A stretch of 64,000 bases of DNA from Vezdaea acicularis (Eukaryota): the NCBI GenBank assembly GCA_026025075.1, contig JAPEUI010000016.1, forward strand, positions 1-64,000, read 5' to 3'. The notes below the pieces were generated by a model. The model was not told the DNA's origin and did not search any database. It worked only from the letters and a program-made list of their open reading frames with translations. A program made the translations under genes and the position numbers. Shown in pieces: positions 22,751 through 35,800 of the stretch. Within the stretch, counting starts at the first letter, position 1; the number at the start of each line of letters is the position of its first letter.

Positions 22751-24421
22751 AGATATCAAATGCTGGCAATATTACCCATCAATTGCCTTAGTTTTATGGT
22801 GCTAGTAGCAAATTCTATGGTGTTGTTTAACATTCGCCTAACGTTCGCCCTCAAGGAACTGACGCTCAATGCCATAGCACCGCTCCGTAGGGACGGAATG
22901 CGCTTAGGCTGCCTTGCGCTGAGTGGGGTCTGCAAATCAATCGAAGATTGCATCTTATGACTGGTGAGGTTGTCGATGCCATGCCACGGCAGACGGAGCA
23001 AAAGCTGGCGATAGAGCAAGAGGCAACGTGTGATGCCTGGAGCCTGAAGATGGTGAAATTGAGAGCTTGAAGCTGAGTGCCAGAACTTGATCTTGTCGAC
23101 AGGATGGGTGAACTTACAAGCTCTCCGTTACCACGAGCACATGGTTCTTCTAGCCGATTGACTTCAGGGCGGCTTGTCCTGCCCTCATCTGCACCAACCT
23201 TCCTCCATTGCCCCATAGTCCTATGATCTACCGTATGAACACCTATGGTTAGGCGTTTATGCGTTATGCATTCACAGCTCAGCTCGTCGCTTCATGAACC
23301 GCCCGAATGCGAGACCTCCGATCACTAGATAAAATTCCAGTCACAAGCACGGTGGCAATGACGGGAAAAAGGTAGAGTCGCAGCGAGGCAGGCGGGGAGT
23401 GCATAGCGCCGGGACAGATCTAGGGACGAGGCGCTGGTCAAGAGCGCTGGGCATGGATCGGCAAGATGGTCACGTGTACGCGATATCCGATCGGGCGGTC
23501 TACTGACATAGGAGCGCAAGACCTGGGCGATTGTAAAAGCAGCCTGAGAATGAGTCACGGAGCATTTACGCTAATGCAACATCAATAGTGCGTTTCTGGA
23601 CCCTTAACCAATCACAACGATGTTATGCCCGCCCCAATCCTGAACCGCATTTCATTGGCTTTCGGAGGAACAGGCCCTTATAATTGGCGAGCGTGTGAAA
23701 CGCTCACGTGACACAGATACGCGAGATGCTGTGAGTGGAGAAAGTTAACACTGAAATTCCCAATGTGAATACCGATTTTAGTAATGCGTAGCAAAAACTT
23801 AAGATTCAATTGTGAATACCAATCTTTAGTAATGCGCAGCAAAAGTGCTCTCACAGAGGGTGTTTTCATACCACTAAACCACCAACGCTAATTGGACACA
23901 AAGCGAGGAACAAGTGAGAGGAGAATCGCTATAAAAATATATATATGAACTTTCGTGATCAAAGGTATGCCAACTATATTCACATCACACTTAGACGCAA
24001 TTGAGAGTTGCTATTTTCGCTATTAAGGTACGATACATGTGAGCCAGGAACCTAAATATGATATTTGACATATCAACACCACGTCAGACTAACCCTGCTC
24101 TACCTCAAGGCCCGCTGTGAAGTGGTAGCGCCTTACTACTCGCTACACCAGGGCCCCTCGATCTCCAAGGTTTGCGAGCACCGCGGTTCGACTTCACGCA
24201 AGCTCAGTCGTGAATCAATCTACTTTATCCAGTGGTTCTCTACAGTATCTAGGTCTCAAGTGTAAATCACAAAATCGACCTGGTATGCCTTACATCTGCT
24301 TCCTTCTCCAGCTTCCGATTCAAGTCAAGCTAGCATCCTTCGTAAAGCTCTCCGCAGCCTAATATATGCCACCCACTCGGCTCAAATCATCTGCTAAGAA
24401 CGCAGCAAGGCGTGGGTCAGC

Positions 24422-27400
24422 ATGTTCAGCTTTACTACATTAGTTCAAAAAGCTCAATCCTTCATTGACCCTACGCTGTCCTCATCTCAGGACCGAAAGC
24501 CCTCAAAAGCAACTCTATTCCGCCACCAATTTCATTTACCTGATTCGCAAACGCCCCTACAAGAAATCACGGCTGATCTCACGCTCTCAACTCCATCATC
24601 CCATGCTCTAAGCTCATCGCAAGGTGAAAAGGGTGATCGCAATAATCCGTACAGCGGAAAGCTCCATTTGAGCGAGAAGTTTCTCTGCTTCTCCACTCAG
24701 TCAACTAGCTTCCATCAAACCGCGAGCTTGAGTGCTTCGACCACGTACACTGGGCAGACCAATGGTGCCGGTCCTGGGGGGAATGGATTCACATTACCAT
24801 TGTGTGCTATCAGGCGTGTCGAGAGGCTTCATAGCCAGAGCTATATGTTCGCTCTTGCTATAACTACATCGAACGGTTCGAGCTCAGCAGGAGATGGTCA
24901 ATTATCTGCCATGCAACAGAAGCTGACTGTCCAGCTTGTTGGCAGCAGGCAGTCTTGTGAACGATTTTGTGATGGGTTGAAGAAAGGATTAAGGGATGGA
25001 GTGAAGGAAGTTGGAAAGCTCAAAAAGGTCGTTGCGGATTGCTATTCTGAGTACCTGCTTTCCGGTGATCCAAAGAAGGGCAAAGATGGTAAAACGAGGG
25101 ACCCTCCCGATGCAGGCCTTGGGATGGTTTTTAAATATCCTGGAGATCCACGGAAACTACGTGACCGAAGCAAGATGAGGTTGTGGGGAGAGTATTTACG
25201 TGGTAAGGTCACAACCTGCACACTAATTGTGGTAACCTCACTGAGACTCAAGCCTCTACCTAGACAATGGACGAAATGTGACACTTGTACGACAACCAAC
25301 TTTTCACAAGCTCATACGCGTCGGACTTCCAAATCGACTTCGAGGTGAAATATGGGAGGTTACATCCGGATCACTTTATCTCCGATTACAAAGCCCAACG
25401 CAGTACACCGACACGCTTTCCAAATTTAGTGGACAAGAATCTCTCGCCATTGACGAAATTGAGAAAGACCTGAACCGAAGTCTTCCAGAGTATCCCGGGT
25501 TCCAGAGTGAAGAAGGGATTGGTCGATTACGCCGAGTGCTAGTTGCTTACAGTTGGATCAATGAGGAAGTAGGATATTGCCAGGCCATGAACATAGTCGT
25601 GGCGGCTTTGCTGATGTAAGCATATCCATGTTCATTGATCTGTTCCTGGGAGCTAAGATATCTCAGCTATACTTCCGAATCCCAAGCTTTCTTCCTCCTT
25701 TCTGTCCTTTGCGAACGCCTATTACCAGGCTACTATTCGACGACGATGTATGGGACTTTATTAGATCAAAGAGTTTTCGAGTCTTTGGTCGAAAAGACGA
25801 TGCCTATATTATGGGATCATCTGGTAAAGTCAGACGTCCAGCTTTCAGTGGTGTCTCTTCCATGGTTTCTTTCGCTCTACATCAACTCTATGCCTCTAGT
25901 CTTTGCTTTCCGCGTCCTAGACGTCTTTTTCTTAGAAGGGCCGAAAGTCCTTTTCCAAGTCGGGTTAGCAATTCTCCGTATAAATGGCGAAGAGCTGCTG
26001 GATGCCACAGATGATGGTGCTTTCATATCCATCTTGAAGTCTTATTTCTTGCGACTTGATGAGTCCGCTCACCCAAAGTCCGAGAACGAGAAGTTGCGAG
26101 CAGTCACCAGGTTTCAAGAGCTGATGGTCGTGGCTTTCAAAGAATTTTCTGGCATCACTCAAAGCACGGTTTCGGAATTGCGGGCTAGGCACAAAGGAAC
26201 AGTTCTCGATGGCATTGAGAACTTTGCGAAACGAACATCAATACGAAATCTCACACCTGATAGCAAGAAGCTCGGTAATGATGACCTAGGTTTGATTTAT
26301 GACAGATTCTACACCGTCCTATATGATCATCAGCAACGCGTACAAATGCAAGACGACGAAAACAAGAGGAGAGCGAGGGCGAGTAAGAATATAGCTATTG
26401 AGTTAGTAAAAGGAATTCCAGCAGACGAGAGGGTAGAGAAGGGTAGAGTTGGCCTAGGACCAAGTCCCACGCTGATGAACTACGATGGCTTTCGCGAATT
26501 TCTAGCTGGTATCACGAAGTGGGGCGTGACTGATTCCCTGAGTTCGTCAAACAGCGTGAATAGTAAAGATGGCAATTCTTTCTTTGGCGGAAGCACGAAA
26601 GACAGAAGCGACCAAGCATGGCCTTGGGGAATCTCAAAGGCAGAGCCTGCAGATCACGAATTCATGAGAAGGTTATTTCGCGTTTGGGATACTGATCACC
26701 AAGACGGCCTAAGCCTCCAGAACGTGGTCAGCGGTCTTGCCAAAGTTAAAGGAACGCGAGATATCATGACAAGCATTAGCTACTTTTTTGAGCTTTACGA
26801 CGATGATGGAGACGGCAGAGTCGATCGTGAAGGAATACTTCGCATCTCGGAGGCACTTCTTTTCCTTTCTAGACGCGGATTGGAAGGGTCACTAATGTCC
26901 TCGACCTTGACGAGTGCAATCGATGAGCCGATTCTAGGGCCAGACAGCGATGACTCCAAAGTCAGGATAGACGAAAAGTTTCTTGGGAGCGTCAGCGCAT
27001 TCATCCGACGATGTTTTGAATACGCAGACCCCGATCACCCGCATAACCAGGATCATACGGCCAGAACCGATTTCAGCGCGAATGAAGGTGCATTCAGTAT
27101 CGGTGAAGATGATGAGGACTTACTTGAATCTAGTCCTATAGGTACGGCTCAAGTAGAATCATCGTCAGTAAAGTCCAAGAAAGCTATGGATCTCTCCAGT
27201 GCACCTATCATATTAAATGATCACGGCGTTACAGCAACCTCACGTAAGATCTCAAAGGCGGAAGCAGAATCTGCGAATCTCGCCCTTGACCCTGCAAACC
27301 CGTTGTATATTACCCTTCCTACTTTCCGAATGGTCGTCCTAGCTGACGAGCTATTGGAACAATTCTTTGAGTCTTTCTTTCCATCATCATTTCGTATTAG

Positions 27401-27908
27401 CGGTGACTCAATCGCTGGAGGCAGCACTGTCGGATCTCCGTCTAGCTTGACTACCTTTTCGAGTCTTTCATTCAGTAGATCAAGTTCGGCTGCAGCACTT
27501 CCTGCAAACGTATCTCAACTAGGTGTTCCTCCTGGGAAAGGTTTGCGGGGTGTTCTGGACAATATTGTTACTGATGGAATGCGCGTGGCCGCAGAGGTCA
27601 AACGACGAATGGACGAAGCGCAGCGTGAGATGGAAAAGAACGCGTACCCCAGAGACGATGATGAAGAAGATGAGGAGGATGGTGGTAAAGTTTCTGGCGG
27701 CTACGGAGCCGATGAAGATCGGAGGAGCGTGCGCGAAGGCGATCGAGACCTTCTCATGGGTGCCGATGCGGAAATAGGCGGTGCACGAGGAAAGTTTGCT
27801 GATTCGGACCGAGACTACGATAATACGACCTTGCATACAAATTCAAATGAGGGTCGGAAACGGAGCGTAAGCTCTACTACGCAAAAGTTCGTGGAGTTTG
27901 AGCAGTAA
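24422..27908 (+). CDS. GYP2: Rab GTPase-activating protein (GRAM-like, TBC and EF-hand domains; Gyp2/Mdr1-like)
   Basis: TBC motifs [16 protein letters not shown] and LPWFLSL; EF-hand [10 protein letters not shown]; introns near 25203-25263 and 25616-25667. Confidence 0.88.
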
Positions 27909-28957
27909 AGCTATCATGTATGCTCCGTGTCTTAGGGTCCGAAACATTCGATGACACTGAGACTTCTGTAGATGGTACCGAAGTAATTGTCCATGTCCTA
28001 CTATAGTAAGACAAGGAGCCGTAGACAAATCTCTCACTAATCGATCCAGACTCGGCGTCACAAAATAATATCCGAATCAAACATCCAAGGCTTGCCTACT
28101 AAGCGTGGTAAACTGCCTGAGGCTTCCAAAAAAAAATATAAAGTACTGGAACACAGGATTACCCAGACCTGAAGGGTGTGTAACTCTGCAAACTTTGCGA
28201 ATTTGGCAATCATCGTCATTTTGCAATTTGAATCTTCTGCAGTACACAAAGTAGAAAGCAGCTGATCGACCTTTTCAGATGGAAACCTCAGACTCGCTGG
28301 ATACAGCTACTCGGACCGTGTGCTTACTGTATTTAGCTCTCTATCTGGATCTCGTTGGCCAAAATTCAGCTGTTTCGGACCTCCTGTCCGGGAAAGTGTC
28401 TCTAGGGTACCTCTGCATTGTGAAATCACATGTACACATGTTCACACTCCTATCTATGTGAAAGATCCTAGAATTATCATGGAATCGAGGTTAGCTCCTC
28501 TAAGCGTACCAAGCTCCTCTGATCCACATGTTTATTTCTATCGGAAGTCTTGCGATAGATCCCCACATTAAGGCGTTTAAGATTCAGATCATCTTCTCCA
28601 GGAAGTGCTGGCTACAGCTCATATTCCTACTTCAAAGCATCAGCTTTTTCAGCAGCGTTCCTTCAGCAGTCTTACGTGAGAATGCATTGCATTCATGAAG
28701 TTGATGAAATCACAACCTGATGTCAATCCACGGATTTGCCGATACTCTGTGCAGCGAGCCATGGCTCACTTTAGCTTGGACTGCTCTTAATCAGCTCGAT
28801 CTACAATCCGAAACCCATAAGGATCTTGGCACTGACCTCAATCAAAAGAGGGTAAATGAGCTCCGCGCTAGGCTTTCTTTCTTTATATACACCATCAAGC
28901 CATCTCAACTTTCAAGCAAGACCTCGTAAAACTCGACATTGAGTCAAGCTTAGATCG

Positions 28958-30817
28958 ATGGCAGACAATGACCATGACGACAAGACTGAGTCTCTTGACA
29001 GCCGAGGCGGCATAGAGGTTGGAACGGTCACTGATATCAATATGGTACACCTTCAGCCCGAAAGGACACAACTACACCGAGGCCTGAAAGCGAGGTATAT
29101 CACTATGATTGCAATCGGAGGTGCAATTGGTACAGGCTTGATCATTGGCACGTGGGTCGACCACCCTTGAGATTGTCCTAAACCTCGCTGACTGATGATA
29201 TAGAGGCCAAGGCTTAGTCCTAGCTGGTCCGGGGGCCATATTCATCTCTTATACCGCTGTCGGCCTTCTGGTATATATAGTGATGAGCGCTCTCGGTGAG
29301 ATGGCAGCTTAGTTACCGTTAGCTTCTGGATTTACCGGCTACGCGACCAGATTCTGTGACCCTTCGTTGGGATTTGCTCTAGGTTACAAGTAAACACCCA
29401 GATTCCACCAAAAGTACTTCCTCTCATTGATCTGACATTGCATCTCATAGCTACTGGTTCAAGTACGTCATTGTAGTACCCAACCAGCTGACTGCCGCAT
29501 CTCTCGTCATACAATATTGGGTACCAAGAGAAAGAATAAACCCAGGCGTATTCATCGCCGTATTTCTCTTCATGGTTCTCTTTGTAAACTATTTTGGTGG
29601 AGTTCGCTTCTTCGGAGAGTTCGAGTTCTGGCTGTCCAGCATCAAAATTGCTATCGTCATCGGAGTCATTATCCTCTCACTTGTCATAGCACTTGGTGGA
29701 GGCCCGTATGTATTCAGTGTAAACCTCACCTCAATGAAGTCCTAACTTGGATAGGGACCACGATCGACGCGGTTTCAGATACTGGAAAACGCCTGGTGCG
29801 TTTGCTGAATACCTTGGCACTGGTGCTACTGGGCGTTTCCTGGCTTTCTGGTCTACTATGACCATTGCTACATTTGCATATCTCGGGACCGAGCTTGTCG
29901 GAGTGATGGTTGGAGAAGCTCAAAACCCTCGCAGGGTCATTCCGAAAGCCATAAAGCTTACTTTCTACCGAATCCTCTTTTTCTATGCTCTCTCCGTGCT
30001 CCTTCTTGATATGTGTGTACCATATAATAGTCCGGAGCTAGCTTTCGCCGCGAAGAAATCTAACTCTGCAGGTGCTTCTCCCTTCGTTGTTGCAATCAAG
30101 CTTTCTGGAATCAAGACATTGCCTGGAGTTCTGAATGGCTGCATTCTTCTGTTCGTCTTCAGCTCAGCAAATTCGGATCTCTATATTGCATCTCGCACAT
30201 TGTATGGCTTAGCGGTCGAAGGGAAAGCGCCGAAGCTCCTCGCGCGTACGGATAAGCGCGGGGTTCCATTCTACGCCTTTGGCGTCAGCGCCTCATTTGC
30301 ACTCCTTGCGTTCATGAATGTTTCAGATGATTCAAAAACTGTTTTTGGATACTTTGTCAACCTAGTGACGGTTTTCGGCCTTCTCACATGGATCTCAATA
30401 CTTGTCTCACACATCTGTTTCCTCCGCGCCCGCCGTGCCCAAGAGGTTGAGGACCACCAGCTGGCATACAAAGCGCCACTAGGAGCGGCAGGCTCGTAAT
30501 GCGCCTTGGTATTCTGTTGCTTTATCTGTATCTTCAAAAGCTTTGATGTCTTCATTCGCAAGTCCGATCATGGTAGCTTTGACTACAGGACTTTTATCAC
30601 TAGCTACTTGGGGATCCCTCTTTACCTTACGATGATCTTCGCATACAAATGGTTCACGAAGGCTGCAGGGGTCACGCCCAAGACAGCAGATCTGTTTGGA
30701 GGGAAGCAAGCTATTGATGATGAAGAAGCAGAGTTCTTGGCCCGTGAGGCTGAAAAAAACGCTGGAACCAAGAAGAGTAATTGGCTCTACAGGACTTTTA
30801 TTTCATGGCTATTTTAG
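28958..30817 (+). pseudogene. Amino-acid permease (YAT family, Dip5-like) with two in-frame stops
   Basis: Motifs IAIGGAIGTGL, FGEFEFWLSSIK and GTELVGV..GEAQNP. TAG at 29310-29312 in EMAA*LP, where Trp is expected. TAA at 30497-30499 in GS*CALVF, where Tyr is expected. Confidence 0.8.
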
Positions 30818-31381
30818 CGCAGTCGGTAGTAGATTGCGACAAAGTGGTTTCGATACGCGTTGTGGGTGCTGCGGGCATAGATTGCGCGCAGACTCGCTTT
30901 CATCCTCCAGTGATTGTGAGGCATTTTATGACACCGCGCAACAAAAGGCTTTCGCGATTAGAAGTTCTGGGAGGAGAATGAGCGGTTTCATTTACATTCC
31001 GATCATCTTCAATCAAAATTTCTTCCGAGAAGACCTCGGCGTCGACCTGAGTCGTCGGCAAAATGACGCACGGATGTTATTCCCAAGGGACGCTTGATCT
31101 TTCATTGGCCTCACCGTCAAAGGTGGCTATTAGCCTTTCCCACAAAGTCTGATCAGCATCTGAACGGTCTCACTTAGGTCCGTGAGGTCCATGTTTGCGC
31201 AGCTGCCACGTTGTACTCATTTCTTTCCATTGTTCTTAAGTGTGCGATCTGGCCGAGCAGACCTATGTTGTTGGTCGACTTGATAACCCTTCGTCGACGT
31301 CCAATCGAACATTTCCAGACCACCTCCTAGAGACCTCCGTAGGCTCAGAAGGTCATTCAGCACATCATGCATTTTCCTTCC

Positions 31382-32187
31382 ATGTTTCCCGGGCTCCTTA
31401 CGGCGTTACTTGCAACGACTCTCGTTTCCGCTATCCCCCCCCAACCCTCAAGCTCGTATGGCAACCAAACAGGCTCCACGACCAGCGGGTCCACCGGCAC
31501 TCTCCTCCTGAGCAACACCAGCACCTACAACGCCTCGCTGGAAGACGAGCCGGTGAAGAACTCATGCGGTGGCTCCTACTTCTGCAGACACGACCGCTGG
31601 CTCTGGACAACCGGCCCGCCTAATATGGAGGAGTTCCGCCGCGCCTTCCGCCGTTACGAGCCCGCCAGCTGGTACGCAGGCTATAACTCTCTCGTCTTCC
31701 ACCACGCCACCGCCATCTTCCATTGCACCGGCGTCCTGTCGGATGGTCAGCCACAGGGCTTCTATGGCAGCGAGATCCAGTTCTCTTTCAACCAGATCTA
31801 CGATAAGCAGGTCTGCGACAACTGCGGGGTTCGCTATATGGTTAGTAGTTCTGAGCACCTCTTTGCTCTTTCGTAGTTCCCCCTTTTCTCGCTTTCTTCT
31901 TCTAACTTCGCTATGAAATGTAGGAAGGCGCAGACCCCTACGGCTCCTGCTACGTCAAACTCGACTACTGCAACTCATGCAAGGATGTGATCAACGTCTC
32001 CAACCAGTACCTCTCTCCCAACGGCACCTACCCCGGCAACGGTGCCGGCAACAACACCCTCAACGCCACCGCGCCATACCCCCCTCCTCTGGGCTACGGA
32101 ACCGCCGAGCTCAACAGCACGAACTGGACGCTTAATGGAACGGTGACGGCGGTGGCTGTAACTGGGCCGACCCCGAGTACGTCATAG
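31382..32187 (+). CDS. Small secreted cysteine-rich protein, KP4 killer-toxin-like
   Basis: Signal peptide MFPGLLTALLATTLVSA; intron 31841-31923 (GTTAGT...TAG). Spliced core SCGGSYFC...GSEI...CDNCG...VKLDYCNSC parallels KP4 (CRGSSQC...GTEA...CRVCG...LTVNYVNSC). Confidence 0.65.
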
Positions 32188-32848
32188 CTTAGCTACTAGA
32201 GCGCCGGAAAGCAGGTGTGGCGGGGCTTGTAGATGGAACGGGCTTGGTGTCACTTCTCCTTGTGCATAGATTTAGATCAAACACTTGAGTAGCATCATAC
32301 GCCACGAGAGAGCTTGGACGGGGCAAACTCGTGTGGTTTCACCGCAAAGATCAATCTTCCTCATGCTCCGTGTCCTCTACAACACGCGCGTATGGCCTAA
32401 ATGTAGAGAGATACGAAGGGTGTTTGGGAAACGAGTTCCATGTATGAATCACTGCCAGGCCAAAAAGAAACCAAGAGTATACATTGAATCCTGCGTCTGA
32501 TCGTGGCACGTTCTATCCACATACGCACGTCCCTACCGCCCCTTCCGCTTTCTGATGTGAACCCAAGCGCCCAGGTTCCTTCCTGATCCAAGCCCTAATG
32601 TAAGGAGAGAAAAAGAAAAGAAGAAGAAATGATGATGTGAAGAGGTAAGGCGGAAGAAACAGGCTAGCGGAGCGAAGTATAGAAGTAGAGGACGAGAGAT
32701 GCCGACAAAGATTCTCGCACTTCCAAGCCAGCCAAAGACGCATAAACGCAAGAAAGATACATCCAAGCCAAGTCAGCTCGGGGAGATTGAAACCCAAAAA
32801 CCCAAAAAAAATTCCCATTTCCCATTTTCATTCAAGCCAGTGCGGCCA

Positions 32849-35800
32849 CTACGCCCTGGCCTCATCCTGGCGCGCCTCATTCAGGACGAGCTCGACGACG
32901 ATCTGGGTCTTCTCGAGCTCGGGGTGCTGCATGACGACCTTGACGGTGCGGCCCTGACTGCCATCATCGAGGAGCCTCACATCCTTACCGCTGACGACCT
33001 GCTTCAGGCGGCCATCGCTCGCATTGCGGATTTCGACAAACTCGCTATCGACAAGGAGGACGTAGGCGTCGTGCATGGCGGCCTGCTTGACCTTGCCGAG
33101 GAAGTGCATGACGACGCCACGGCTGACTTCGCCGTGCTTGCTGACGTAGACCGCGCACTCTTCGTAGCAGAGCAGGAACTCGTCTTTGAGGCGGAACATG
33201 CCCAGGGGTTTCTGGGAGGCCACTTGTGAGGCGATGTTGGCGACCGCGGGGCCTTTGAAGTCAGGGAGCGTCATCGGGACTTTCTTGTCGAGGGTGAGGA
33301 CCTCGAAGCCCCGCGCTGTGCCGACGCTGAGGGAGCTGTGGAAGAGATTGATGTTGTAGCATTCGGCGGGGATGTAGAACTCGTCGTATTCGCGGAAGAA
33401 CTCGGTGGTGCCTTTCCGGAAGAAGCGGGATTTCTTTTCTGTGGACTTTTGGAAAACGGGCTCAAGGACCTGAGTCGAGCAAATCAGTATATGCCGTACG
33501 AATGATATTCCGGTCTCACCAGGGGCCATACCTTAAAGACAGAGGAGGTTGTTTCTCGTTTTTTGTAGAACACGAGCGTCCGATCCTTCATCTTTCCAGT
33601 CGAGAAGAACCCCACGTCTCGGTTTCCCGAAAGCTTCTGCGGAGCCCGGCGGGCAGAGTCGTTCGGTGGAGGAACGCCACTGACAGGACAAACGACGTCC
33701 AAGTGGTAGGCAATGAGAACTCCATTTGTGATGACGAGGAAAAGGCTGAACTCCTCCAAGACGGCGATTTGCGTCACATTCTTGATGGTAATAGCCTATG
33801 ATGCGATTGTCAGTGAGGTTTGCACGAGACCGAACGTCACGCATACCTTTAACCAGCCGCGCGGATTCAACGTCTCCGAGACATATATGCCGTAGTCCGT
33901 GCCAACAGCAACCATGTGCTTCCCATAAGGCTGATCGAAGGTAGTAGCGCAATTGACGGTAGCTCGGCATACAGGTAAGGGCCGAGGATCCGCTGCCTCG
34001 AATGTGTTCTCGACTGCCCTAATAGCTCGATCGAGGGGAGTCCCGCGTATAGGGGCCACTCTTGGTCCTCCGGAATTGCTGTCATTCGCAAAGGCGGTAT
34101 CTGCAAGTATCCGCAACTTAAAGGGCTCTGCGTTCTGGGCGAAAAGTGAAGCAGCATGCTTAGTCTTTGCGAGCCGGATTTTATCACACCAGTCGTCTCG
34201 AATTGCCTTGCTGGGAGCGTATAGCGTGTAGCTCTCCGTTTTGCCGAGATGCTTGATCCTGAAGGGCCAAATGACACTTTCGTCGCTAGCCCCCTCAATC
34301 ACAGTTGTCGTGACCATTGTCTTAGCGGACGCTGTAGAATTTGTTGAGGCTATCGAGATGTCGGTACTTGCATGCTGTAGCGGTCCGGGCCGCTCATTTG
34401 TTTGGATGCTTGAAAGAGCCCTCCCAAATCCACCGGCAGAGCTCTGGCCCGCGACTGTCTTTCCACCGCGTGCGTCGGTGGCAGACTGAGTTCTACCTCC
34501 TACAGCAGCCATAGCACCCAGTCTATTCGACATAGATTTGGGCTCCGGGGGGTCCTCTTCGCCCTCTAGGACAAGAATATCCATAGAGATAGGCTGAAAC
34601 AAAATGATCAGTGACTTAGCTACCAAAACGTGACATGTTCTACTCACCTGTTTCGACACATCCAATATCTCGTGTTTGATGCCGCCAGCAGCATCTCTCT
34701 GCTGCACAGGCTTCGCAATGACCATATAGTGATCGAAGAGAATTGCATGCACTTCCACCCAAGAGAACAAGCGATTAGATCCTTTCCGCAGGAGGTTGCC
34801 ACGGAATATGATCTCCCGACCCAAGTGCGTGAGGTTTAACTTCACCTCCTCCAAGCCTCGACGGAATTTTAGCTTCTGCTCCAGCTCGATAAGCTCAATC
34901 TTCCTCTGTTCATCAGCAACTCGGGTGTCGCACTCCAAAGTGACGACCTTGATCTCATCGATCGCAGTCTGAAGATTTGTCTTCTCCTCTGTTTCTTGCA
35001 GCATATTCTTGTGCACAACGGACAAGAGCAAGGTGTAATGTTGAAGCCTGGTTATGGGGGACTTCAAGAAGGAATCCCATCCTAACCTTCTCGAGCGTTC
35101 ATTCTCTCGTGCCTGGTCCAAGAATTGGTTGAAGAGTACGTTGCGGCTGGCTTCTTGTCTCATCATGAAAGAGGCCCTTGGAAAGCCGGCGGCAAACTCG
35201 GAGTATGCCGTCTTTGCTTTCCTTATCCATTCCCGGAAAATGTCAGAGAACCCTACAAGCCAGGGGCCTTGCTCCTGCTGTCGATATTTCAACTGCGCAA
35301 GGAGGTAGTCCTCATTGACCTTCTTTATAATGTCAATTTTGCCAAACACTTCCCGCAAGAACTTCTCTACTTTGTTGGGGGGAAGTATTGAGTTGGCCCT
35401 TAGTGCATCTCGATAGAGCACTCTAAGTACATTTAGCCCGTCGATGAATTGATCCTCTCCCTGGACGATCTCATGAAGGTTGTTTTGGCGCTCTATCTCT
35501 TTCTTCGCAACACCTTCAATGTCCTCCTTCTTCAGTCGGTAGAAAGTAGCCCAATCCTCCTTCTTGCGTTGTGGTTCAAGTAACTGAGTCTGGAGGTTGA
35601 TCTTCTTGAGAGTTCTAGAGCAGTGGTGAGCATAGCAGCGGCCAGCAAAATCTTCATCGTGTAGACGCGGCGCATAGCATCCCCGCCCCGTAAGCTGCCA
35701 AAGTACACCAGATATAGTTGCCGATCCAAACTTCACCCATTCCTCCTCATGAACAAGAACGCCGGCTTGGAACATTTCTCTAACGATCTTCTCCGCCAAA

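Noticed and set aside
23755..23850. Two imperfect direct copies of GTGAATACC...AGTAATGCG.AGCAAAA
   Set aside because: Simple local duplication with only two copies and no further structure.
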